Positions 1 through 7,463 of a DNA stretch of 64,000 nucleotides are shown in pieces. The stretch is taken from positions 91,151 through 155,150 of the forward strand of contig CAZMHV010000003.1 in NCBI GenBank assembly GCA_964566225.1, in the 5' to 3' direction. This DNA comes from an uncultured Gammaproteobacteria bacterium. Its GTDB lineage: Bacteria; Patescibacteriota; Patescibacteriia; Magasanikbacterales; UBA922. The position numbers and the translations under genes are program-made. The notes below the pieces were generated by a model, which saw only the letters and a list, made by a program, of their open reading frames with translations, was not told the origin of the DNA and ran no database searches. The first letter of the stretch is position 1. The number at the start of each line of letters is the position of its first letter.

Positions 1-2
1 CT

Positions 3-410
3 ATGCCACAAGGTGGAATGGATTCACTGCTCAATAAAAATCCACTCGACATTGTGGCTCACCAATACGATATTATTGCCAATGGCCTTGAACTTTCTTC
101 TGGTGCGGTGCGCAACAAAGATGCAGACATTATGTACAAAGCCTTTGAAATGGCAGGCTACACCAACGCTGATGTTGATAAAAAATTTGGTCACATGATC
201 AAAGCCTTTGAATATGGCGCACCACCTCACTGTGGTTTTGCGCCTGGTATTGATCGTTTAGTGATGCTCTTCACTGGTGAAAAAAATATTCGCAGTGTGA
301 TTCCATTCCCAAAAAATGGTAAAGCAGAAGAACCAATGGTTGGTTCACCTGCAGAAGTCGATGTGGCACAGCTCAAGGAGCTTTCGATTAAAGTGGATAT
401 CCAAAAATAA
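3..410 (+). CDS. aspS: Class II aminoacyl-tRNA synthetase C-terminal part, most likely aspartate--tRNA ligase. Its 5' end is truncated by the window edge.
   Basis: Motif-3 region [33 protein letters not shown] is typical of class IIb aaRS (AspRS/AsnRS). The ORF runs from the window start. Confidence 0.65.
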   Translation: MPQGGMDSLLNKNPLDIVAHQYDIIANGLELSSGAVRNKDADIMYKAFEMAGYTNADVDKKFGHMIKAFEYGAPPHCGFAPGIDRLVMLFTGEKNIRSVIPFPKNGKAEEPMVGSPAEVDVAQLKELSIKVDIQK

Positions 411-412
411 CT

Positions 413-1102
413 ATGGTTGAACTCAAGCTTCAACAATTTTCCGGTCCACTCGATTTGCTTTTGAATTTGATTGAAGAACAAAAACTTCCGATTACTGAAC
501 TTTCTATTTCTGCGGTTACAGAGCAATATCTTGAATACCTCACTTCGCTTGAACAAGAAAGTCCAGATGAAATTGCAGACTTTCTCGTTGTTGCCAGTCG
601 TATTTTGCTCATGAAAGCCAAGGCAATTTTGCCAATGTTTTTGCCCGAAGAAGAAAGTGGACCATCGCTTGAAGATCAACTGCGCATTTACAAAAAGTTT
701 GTGGAAGCCAGTCGAGTGCTCAACAAAAAATGGCTCGGGCCACTGCGTTCATTTTTTCGTTTGGAACCAGTTCGCAAAGCAGAAGGATTTGTGCCACCAG
801 AAAATGCAACCACCAAATCAATGCACAAGTCCATGCTGAACTTGGTGTCCCGCCTCAAACCACCAAAACCTTTGCCACAAATTGAAATGGATAAAACCGT
901 TTCTGTGAAAGAAGTGATTGAACGCATCAAAGACCTGCTCAAAAATCACAAACAATTTGATTTTCATAAATCTCTCAAAGAACGTGAAAACAAAACAGAA
1001 GTTATCTTGGGATTTCTCGCCTTACTTGAACTCGTGAAACAACAACTCGTCCACCTTGATCAACAATCTCATTTTGGAGATATCATGGTGAGAAAAGTGT
1101 AG
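413..1102 (+). CDS. scpA: Segregation and condensation protein A (kleisin ScpA)
   Basis: N-terminus FSGPLDLLLNLIEEQKLPITELSISAVTEQYLEYL matches the conserved ScpA start. Length is 229 aa. Confidence 0.8.
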   Translation: MVELKLQQFSGPLDLLLNLIEEQKLPITELSISAVTEQYLEYLTSLEQESPDEIADFLVVASRILLMKAKAILPMFLPEEESGPSLEDQLRIYKKFVEASRVLNKKWLGPLRSFFRLEPVRKAEGFVPPENATTKSMHKSMLNLVSRLKPPKPLPQIEMDKTVSVKEVIERIKDLLKNHKQFDFHKSLKERENKTEVILGFLALLELVKQQLVHLDQQSHFGDIMVRKV

Positions 1103-1129
1103 ATATTTATAAAATACAAATTATACTGA

Positions 1130-1302
1130 GTGGGAATACTTTTCTTTTTTCATTTTTTGATATAGGTCACCATATTTGCTTCGCTCGTTCGGAAGAGAAA
1201 ATAAATTTTCTCTTCTCTCACTCGCTTGCAAATCACCACCCTCCGCGAGGGCGGCGGTCGTAGACCCCGTTTCAAAAAATGAAAAAAGAAAAGTATTCCC
1301 AC
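1130..1302. repeat. Nested palindromic element, copy 1. It has 31-bp perfect outer inverted repeats (1130-1160 and 1272-1302) around a ~111-nt core with internal hairpins.
   Basis: Left arm gggaatacttttcttttttcattttttga is the exact reverse complement of the right arm tcaaaaaatgaaaaaagaaaagtattccc. The core contains gaagagaaaat/attttctcttc and ccctc-cgc-gaggg inner inverted repeats. It shares the motif TACTTTTCTTTTTT with the element at 7299-7443. Confidence 0.7.
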
Positions 1303-1318
1303 GATATTTTCCGCACAT

Positions 1319-1870
1319 ATGTCTCTCATTTCAAAAATCGAATCCATCCTCTTTGTCGCCAGCAAACCCCTCAGCATCTCAACCCTCGCCAAATCCCTCG
1401 AAAAAAACGAAGTGGAAGTAGAAGAAGCTGTGGAGACTCTCCGCATGAAATACAATCACGAAGAATCTGGCATTCATCTTTTGCTCGATGGAAAAAATAT
1501 TCAGTTTATCACCAATCCAGAAAACGGAGAACTCATCCGTGGATTTCTCAAGCAAGAAATTGCTGGTGAACTCACCAAAGCACAACTCGAAACCCTTACC
1601 GTTATTGGTTACCGCGGTCCAGTGTCACGCAGTGAAATTGAACAAATTCGTGGCATGAACTGTTCGGTGATTTTGCGTAACCTTATGATGCGTGGTTTGA
1701 TTGAAGAACAGTCTCATGATACACTGGTACCACTGTATACACTCTCTTTTGAAGCACTGAGTCATTTGGGTATTCACTCGGTTGAAGAACTCCCTGAATA
1801 CGAAACTCTGCATGCTCATGAATATATTCAAGCAGCCATTGCTCCGGCTCAAGAGAACGTAGAAAGTTAA
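1319..1870 (+). CDS. scpB: Segregation and condensation protein B (ScpB)
   Basis: IESILFVASKPLSISTLAKSL...LTKAQLETLTVIGYRGPVSRSEIEQIRGMNCSVILRNLMMRGLIEE matches the ScpB winged-helix pattern. Confidence 0.8.
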   Translation: MSLISKIESILFVASKPLSISTLAKSLEKNEVEVEEAVETLRMKYNHEESGIHLLLDGKNIQFITNPENGELIRGFLKQEIAGELTKAQLETLTVIGYRGPVSRSEIEQIRGMNCSVILRNLMMRGLIEEQSHDTLVPLYTLSFEALSHLGIHSVEELPEYETLHAHEYIQAAIAPAQENVES

Positions 1871-1895
1871 AAGTTAAACTTTAGATTTTTTCTCC

Positions 1896-2936
1896 ATGCT
1901 TTTCAACTTCATCACCCCACCAGATCAAGATCCTTCTACCAAGTGGCGCAATCTTTTTGCTGTTGTGGTCGTTGTTTTGGGTGTTGGCTTTACGGTTGGC
2001 CCCAAAATTGGTCTTGATAAACCGGTGCTCGCGGCATCAAATAAAATTTTACCCAAAATTGTTCCTTCGTATAAACCACACAACGTTATTGGTGGAGACA
2101 TTACTGTAGAACCTCCTCGTCCACTTCCGCCACCACCACCGGTGCCGATGCTTGTAGGTGAACTCACCAGTTCCTCGGCTTTTTCGGCCAAAGGAATTTT
2201 TGTTAAAGATCTGGCGAGTAACAAAGTATTGTATGCCAAAAATGAATATGAACCAAGACCTTTGGCAAGTATTACCAAACTCATGAGTACATTGGTTTTA
2301 CTCGAACGTCCCATTGACTGGACCGCTACCAGTACTGCGGTAGAAGGAGATTTGGCAGATAACCATGTATATGCCGGAGAGTCAATGACTCTCGAAGATT
2401 TTTGGAATGCCGCACTGATTGCTTCATCAAATCGTTCTGTAGTCACTTTGGTCAAAGCTACTGGGTGGACCGAAGAACAATTTGTGGAACGCATGAATCA
2501 AAAAGCACTTGAACTTGGCATGACGGGCACACATTTTTTTGAACCTACGGGGCTTGATGAAAGTAATATTTCTACAGCATCGGATGTGGCATTACTTTTG
2601 GATGAAGCTGTGAAAAATGAAAAAATCTCTCGGGCCATGCTTGAAAAAGAATATAATTTGGATCTTATTGGTGTCAAAGCACCTCGTCATATTTGGAGTA
2701 CCAATTGGCTCTTGCTTGGCTGGGTACCACAAAATACATTTACCATTCTCGGTGGCAAAACAGGCTACATTCCAGCGGCTGGTTACAACTTTGCCATGAA
2801 GGTAAAAAATGATGCGGGTCGAGAATTGTCTGTGATTATTCTTGGCGCTGATGTGCACGAAGAACGTTTTACCGAAGCTCGAGATGTGGCTGATTCGGTG
2901 TACAAGGCATATCAATGGCCAGAACAAAATAAATAA
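1896..2936 (+). CDS. D-alanyl-D-alanine carboxypeptidase (serine peptidase S11, PBP5-like) with an N-terminal membrane anchor
   Basis: SxxK motif (LASITKLMS), SxN motif (ASSNRS), and an N-terminal hydrophobic stretch. Confidence 0.75.
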   Translation: MLFNFITPPDQDPSTKWRNLFAVVVVVLGVGFTVGPKIGLDKPVLAASNKILPKIVPSYKPHNVIGGDITVEPPRPLPPPPPVPMLVGELTSSSAFSAKGIFVKDLASNKVLYAKNEYEPRPLASITKLMSTLVLLERPIDWTATSTAVEGDLADNHVYAGESMTLEDFWNAALIASSNRSVVTLVKATGWTEEQFVERMNQKALELGMTGTHFFEPTGLDESNISTASDVALLLDEAVKNEKISRAMLEKEYNLDLIGVKAPRHIWSTNWLLLGWVPQNTFTILGGKTGYIPAAGYNFAMKVKNDAGRELSVIILGADVHEERFTEARDVADSVYKAYQWPEQNK

Positions 2937-2940
2937 AACA

Positions 2941-2971
2941 AAAATCCGACTCAAAAAAGTCGGATTTTTTT
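2941..2971. terminator. Bidirectional rho-independent terminator hairpin
   Basis: aaaatccgac-tcaaaaaa-gtcggattttttt is a GC stem flanked by A-run and T-run. It lies between the carboxypeptidase gene and the antisense tRNA. Confidence 0.6.
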
Positions 2972-2974
2972 ATG

Positions 2975-3058
2975 TGCCGCGAAAGGGGGTCGAACCCTTA
3001 TGACCTTGCGGTCGCAGGATTTTGAGTCCTGTGCGTCTGCCAGTTCCGCCATCGCGGC
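2975..3058 (-). tRNA. tRNA-Leu (anticodon CAA), long variable arm
   Basis: Reverse complement folds as acceptor GCCGCGA/UCGCGGC, anticodon stem CAGGA/UCCUG with loop CUCAAAA, a 15-nt variable arm and T-arm AAGGG-UUCGACC-CCCUU. Discriminator is A. Confidence 0.8.
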
Positions 3059-3146
3059 AAGCGATTTATCGGCTTTATTATAGGTTATATTGCAGATCTT
3101 GTCAATTCCATGGTATAATTGGATATCTTTAGTGTATTCTTTTCAC

Positions 3147-3914
3147 ATGTCCAAAGTTATTTCTGTCGTGAACCAAAAAGGTGGGGTCGGCAAGACCACT
3201 ACCACCATCAATGTTGCTGCCTATTTAGCTGAAATGGGCAAATTTGTGCTGCTTGTAGATATGGATCCACAAGCCAACGCCACCAGTGGTGTCGGGGTGT
3301 CCAAAGATACGTTGGAACATGGTCTCTATGAGGCTCTTTCCAAAGAAAAACGACTCAGTGATATTATCCACAACACCTCTCACCAGGGTCTGCGGGTTGC
3401 GCCTGCTACTGGTAATTTGGCTGGTGCCAGTATTGAACTCGTAGATGTTGATCGTCGTGAACATCAGTTACATGATTTACTTGAAGAAGTAAAACATGCG
3501 TATGATTATATTGTTATTGATTGCCCGCCTTCACTTGGACTCCTCACCATCAATAGTTTGGTGGCGGCTGATGAAATTTTGATTCCAGTACAGGCAGAGT
3601 ATTATGCACTAGAAGGTTTAGGCCAGTTGCTTCAGACTATTGGGCTTATTCAGGAACATCTCAAACCAAGCTTACAAATTTTGGGAGCAGTGATTACCAT
3701 GTTTGATAAACGTACTCGTTTATCCGAAGATGTCCTTCAGGAATTGTATAAATACTTTCCGAATAATATTTTTCGTTCTGTTATTCCTCGTACGGTTCGC
3801 TTGGCTGAAGCACCAAGTTTTGGTAAAACTATTTTGCAATATGAACCTTCTGGAAAAGGAGCAAAATCATACGAGAAGTTGGCTCGAGAAATTTTGGATA
3901 AACATTCACTCTAA
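3147..3914 (+). CDS. parA: Chromosome partitioning ATPase ParA/Soj
   Basis: Deviant Walker A KGGVGKTTTTINVAAYLA. Start chosen at the MSKVISVVNQKGG ATG; the track ORF begins upstream at 3090. Confidence 0.85.
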   Translation: MSKVISVVNQKGGVGKTTTTINVAAYLAEMGKFVLLVDMDPQANATSGVGVSKDTLEHGLYEALSKEKRLSDIIHNTSHQGLRVAPATGNLAGASIELVDVDRREHQLHDLLEEVKHAYDYIVIDCPPSLGLLTINSLVAADEILIPVQAEYYALEGLGQLLQTIGLIQEHLKPSLQILGAVITMFDKRTRLSEDVLQELYKYFPNNIFRSVIPRTVRLAEAPSFGKTILQYEPSGKGAKSYEKLAREILDKHSL

Positions 3915-3923
3915 TTTTCAATT

Positions 3924-4832
3924 ATGGCTCTTGGTAAAGGCTTAGGCTCACTTATTCCAACCAAAAAGGTAGAAACCACCACATCACAAGAAGAAATTTC
4001 TCGTGACTCTGTGAGTGTCCCTGCGGTTTCACCCAAACAAAGTTCAATCAAAAAAGAAGATCAGGTCCTGCATATTCCACTCTCTGAAATTACTCCAAAT
4101 CCAGATCAACCTCGTAAACATTTTTCACATAGTGACTTAGAAGATTTAATTGCTTCTATTAAGCTTCATGGAGTTCTCCAACCAATTTTGGTTTCTGAGA
4201 AATTAACCGGTGGGTATGAACTTATTGCGGGTGAACGACGTTTTCGAGCTTCTGAAATGGCAGGCGTTGCTACTGTTCCTGCACTTATCAAAAAAACCAA
4301 TAATCAAGAACGATTGGAGATTGCTCTGATTGAAAATATTCAGCGTCAAGATTTGAATCCTATTGAAGAAGCTTTTGCGTATCGTCGTCTTACTGAAGAA
4401 TTTGGTTTGAAGCAAGATGAAGTGGCACAGCGTGTGGGCAAAAGTCGTCCTGCGGTAACCAATACTATTCGTTTACTTGATCTGCCAGAAGTTATTCAGC
4501 GTGCTTTGATGGATGGAACACTCAGTACCAGTAAAGCACGTGCTATTTTGAGTTTGCGTTCACAAGATGAACAAATAAAAATGTTTCAAAACATGATGGG
4601 TGGGCATGTAACCGTACGTGATGTTGAAACTGCCGTTGCCCTGCAGGGGAGTCGGTCACGTAAAGGTTCTGTACGTCGTGATCCACAAATTTACGAAGTT
4701 GAAAAACAGTTAGAAGACAGGTTTGGAACCAAAGTAAAAATTACCCAAAAGGGTGAACGAGGGACGGTTGTACTGGAGTATTATTCCAAAGATGAACTCA
4801 AAAAAATGGTTGATGATTTGCTTCAAAGATAA
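3924..4832 (+). CDS. parB: Chromosome partitioning protein ParB/Spo0J
   Basis: ParB box LQPILVS...GGYELIAGERRFRASEMAGVATVPALI, immediately downstream of parA. Confidence 0.85.
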   Translation: MALGKGLGSLIPTKKVETTTSQEEISRDSVSVPAVSPKQSSIKKEDQVLHIPLSEITPNPDQPRKHFSHSDLEDLIASIKLHGVLQPILVSEKLTGGYELIAGERRFRASEMAGVATVPALIKKTNNQERLEIALIENIQRQDLNPIEEAFAYRRLTEEFGLKQDEVAQRVGKSRPAVTNTIRLLDLPEVIQRALMDGTLSTSKARAILSLRSQDEQIKMFQNMMGGHVTVRDVETAVALQGSRSRKGSVRRDPQIYEVEKQLEDRFGTKVKITQKGERGTVVLEYYSKDELKKMVDDLLQR

Positions 4833-4839
4833 AATAGAC

Positions 4840-4873
4840 ACAAAAAAACCACCGAGAAAAGGTGGTTTTTTTA
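4840..4873. terminator. Bidirectional rho-independent terminator between parB (+) and rel (-)
   Basis: aaaaaaaccacc-gagaaaa-ggtggttttttt. Confidence 0.6.
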
Positions 4874-4880
4874 TATGAGT

Positions 4881-6359
4881 TTATTTGGGTAAAACAGATT
4901 TAATCCAGTTGGGAAGTCTGGAAGATTTTTGGGATTGTTTAATATGAGTTTTGGCGGTATGTGTTTTCACAAATTCTGACCAGTCTTGACTCGGGCCTTT
5001 GCGGTTTTTATCAATTATAATTTCTACTACATCACCATTTTTGAGAGTGGTGCCGAGGTTCACCATTTTATCATTTACGAGTGCACCGGTACATTTATTG
5101 CCAATTTCACTGTGAATGTGATATGCAAAATCCACAGGTGTGGCACCTTCGGGGAGATCAATCACATCCCCCTTGGGAGTAAAGACAAAAATTCGTGTTT
5201 GCAAAAAGTCGACTTTGATTTCTTCAAGGTCAGAAAGTTTGTTCAAAATATCTCGTTGAATTTCTGCCAATTCTTTGGCCCATTGAATTTCACGACTTGG
5301 TCTGCGTGATCCATTTTCGTCATAGTGCCAGTGTGCCGCAATACCGTATTCTGCTTCTTCGTGCATGGCCACGGTACGAATTTGAAACTCTACCACCTCA
5401 CCATCGTCACCAAATACTGTGGTGTGGAGTGATTGGTAGCCATTGGGCTTTGGTTGTGAAATATAATCTTTGATACGTCCTTTGAGAGGTTTCCATACTT
5501 TGTGCAAAATCCCAAGACAGGCATAACAATCTGCCACGGTGGGGACCAAAATACGAATGGCAAAAAGGTCATAAATTTTGGTAACTTCGTTTTCTTTGCG
5601 TTTGAGTTTTTGAAAAAAACTATAGAGTCGTTTATTTCTTCCTTGAATAGATGCTACCGGAACTCCAGCTGCTTTGAGTTCCTCGAGGGCTTTGTGTTCG
5701 AGTTTGATAAAGTATTCTTCTTTGCCAGAGAGTTTTTCATCACGCATTTTTTTGATGCGTTGGTATTCGGCTGGGTAGACATATTGAAAGGCCAAATCTT
5801 CGAGTTCTCCTTTCATTTCGTCCATGCCCAAACGACTGGCAATGGGTGCATAAATTTCTAAACTTTCAAGGGCAATGCGGTATTGTTTGGGTGGGGGGAG
5901 TGACCCCAAGGTTTGCAAGTTATGAATGCGGTCAGCAAATTTAATAATCATCACGCGCACATCTTCGGCCATGGCCACAAACATTTTGCGTAGATTTTCA
6001 ATGTAGCGTTCTACACCACGGTATTTGAGTTTCCCAAGTTTGGTAATTCCGCGAACCATGGATTCAATTTCACTGCCAAAATTTTTGCCAATTTCTTCGA
6101 GTGTGACGTCTGTATCCTCAGGAACATCATGGAGCAGTGTTGCTGCCACAATAACCGGATCAATGCGCATGTTGGCCAAAATATGAGCTGCAGCGAGTGG
6201 GTGTACAATGTATGGTTCACCAGATTTACGAAATTGTCCGTTGTGGGCTTTTTCGGCAAAGTCGTAGGCGAGGCGCACCAAATCAAGGTCTGCCTTTTTG
6301 TCATAGGTAGCAATTTGGGTGAGCAATGTCTCGATAGTTTGGTTGGGAGTATTATACAT
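4881..6359 (-). CDS. rel: Short bifunctional (p)ppGpp synthetase/hydrolase (RelA/SpoT homolog). HD, synthetase and TGS domains are present; C-terminal regulatory domains are absent.
   Basis: HD motif (VHPLAAAHILANM...LLHDVPEDT), synthetase region (RIKDYISQPKPNGYQSLHTTV), and a TGS-like C-terminus (IFVFTPKGDVIDLPEGATPVDFAYHIH). Only 492 aa. Confidence 0.85.
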   Translation of the reverse strand: MYNTPNQTIETLLTQIATYDKKADLDLVRLAYDFAEKAHNGQFRKSGEPYIVHPLAAAHILANMRIDPVIVAATLLHDVPEDTDVTLEEIGKNFGSEIESMVRGITKLGKLKYRGVERYIENLRKMFVAMAEDVRVMIIKFADRIHNLQTLGSLPPPKQYRIALESLEIYAPIASRLGMDEMKGELEDLAFQYVYPAEYQRIKKMRDEKLSGKEEYFIKLEHKALEELKAAGVPVASIQGRNKRLYSFFQKLKRKENEVTKIYDLFAIRILVPTVADCYACLGILHKVWKPLKGRIKDYISQPKPNGYQSLHTTVFGDDGEVVEFQIRTVAMHEEAEYGIAAHWHYDENGSRRPSREIQWAKELAEIQRDILNKLSDLEEIKVDFLQTRIFVFTPKGDVIDLPEGATPVDFAYHIHSEIGNKCTGALVNDKMVNLGTTLKNGDVVEIIIDKNRKGPSQDWSEFVKTHTAKTHIKQSQKSSRLPNWIKSVLPK

Positions 6360-6517
6360 ACAGAAAGAAAGTCACCTTCACATTGTAGAGCATTTTAGGA
6401 TTTTTGCAAGTTTTGATTTTTGTGAATTTACAGCAAAACACCTGTGCAAAGTGTATTTGCTCTGTAAAATTATTTACTAATTTAAGCTAATTTTAGCCAA
6501 TTTGTAGAGTTTTTCTG

Positions 6518-6546
6518 TTGACAAAGTTGTCAAAAAGGAGTATAAT
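6518..6546 (+). promoter_or_regulatory. Consensus sigma70-type promoter (TTGACA-N17-TATAAT) with a palindromic -35 region, upstream of the island-A gene
   Basis: ttgacaaagttgtcaaaaaggagtataat. The sequence ttgacaa-ag-ttgtcaa is itself an inverted repeat. Confidence 0.5.
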
Positions 6547-6662
6547 GGCCTATTAAAATTCAAAATAGCCAAAAGAGTCTTGTGAGGAGTTTTTTGGGTG
6601 TTTTGGAGTGTTTAATTGTTTTCACCTTTTTTTCGCGAATGTGTTCGCGATGGAGTACTGAC

Positions 6663-7178
6663 ATGGGTTTTTTTCTCATGGTGCCGTTTTCGCTTTTCGG
6701 CATGGGCGTGGCGGTGGTTCTGGGCCTGGTTCTCTTGGCCTGGATTGGTGAGGCGGTGCTGACCGCCTTGATCTGGGCTTTCTCGATCGGGCTTGGCCTT
6801 GCGGGCTTGGTGTTTCTGTTTCGGTGGATTTACCGGGACAAAACGCCTTGGCATCTGCCGCAGGTCCAGCCTCCACCACCGTCTCCCCCGGAACCGTTTC
6901 CGCGAGTTCCTCGGGGCAGTTCACCCTCAATGGTCATCATCGAGGGGGTGCAGATTGTTGTGCAGTCAGGGGCGAATCTGCACATTCATTTGCATGCCGG
7001 CGGCGGGGAGGATCCACCAAACGTTCGTGTCGTCCCCTCACAGTCTCGTCCGGTTCGCCCGCAGGGTGAACCTGCGAAACCTTCGCCGAAAATCATCCCC
7101 CCACAGAACGGTCGTGGCCCCACCTTTGGGGACTGGAACGACCGCTATGGTGGGGGTGACGACGACGAAGACGACTGA
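6663..7178 (+). CDS. GC-rich hypothetical protein: two predicted TM helices, a Pro-rich middle (QPPPPSPPEPFP) and an acidic tail (GGGDDDEDD). Alternative in-frame starts lie at 6582 (GTG) and 6639.
   Basis: Long ORF with high third-position G/C in an AT-rich genome. A GGAG sits 7 nt before the 6663 ATG. Hydrophobic N-terminus GMGVAVVLGLVLLAWIGEAVLTALIWAFSIGLGLAGLVFLF. Confidence 0.5.
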   Translation: MGFFLMVPFSLFGMGVAVVLGLVLLAWIGEAVLTALIWAFSIGLGLAGLVFLFRWIYRDKTPWHLPQVQPPPPSPPEPFPRVPRGSSPSMVIIEGVQIVVQSGANLHIHLHAGGGEDPPNVRVVPSQSRPVRPQGEPAKPSPKIIPPQNGRGPTFGDWNDRYGGGDDDEDD

Positions 7179-7298
7179 GCTTCAACACCAAACGGCACGG
7201 GCAGCAGAGGTTTACGAAAACTCTTGCAGCTGCCCGTGCCGAGAAAGAAAAATAAACCCCCTCACAGTGGAATACTGGAGGGGATTTTTTATTTCATC

Positions 7299-7443
7299 GA
7301 GGAGAGAATTTGTACTTTTCTTTTTTGTTGGCTGCGGGATCGCTCTCATGAAGGTCCCTTCGCCCTGACGGGACTCGGGGGACCTTCATGTATTCGCTAA
7401 GTCCTCGCTCAACAAAAAAGAAAAGTACAAATTCTCTCCTCTC
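7299..7443. repeat. Nested palindromic element, copy 2. It has 32-bp perfect outer inverted repeats around a ~79-nt G+C-rich core that holds its own 12-bp inverted repeat.
   Basis: Outer arms gaggagagaatttgtacttttcttttttgttg and caacaaaaaagaaaagtacaaattctctcctc. Inner arms catgaaggtccc and gggaccttcatg. Shares TACTTTTCTTTTTT with copy 1. Lies between the convergent island-A gene and topA. Confidence 0.7.
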
Positions 7444-7463
7444 ATCAATTTTTTTAATTAAGT

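Noticed and set aside
6582-6662. Upstream GTG start (6582) for the island-A CDS as given in the ORF track
   Set aside because: It is kept only as an alternative. The ATG at 6663 has a GGAG 7 nt upstream and coincides with the switch to G+C-rich sequence. The upstream 27 codons lie in backbone-like DNA and add only a hydrophobic stretch.
6612-6930. Minus-strand ORFs (80-84 aa) inside island A
   Set aside because: They are antisense to the better-supported plus-strand CDS and have a Pro/Arg-rich shadow composition.
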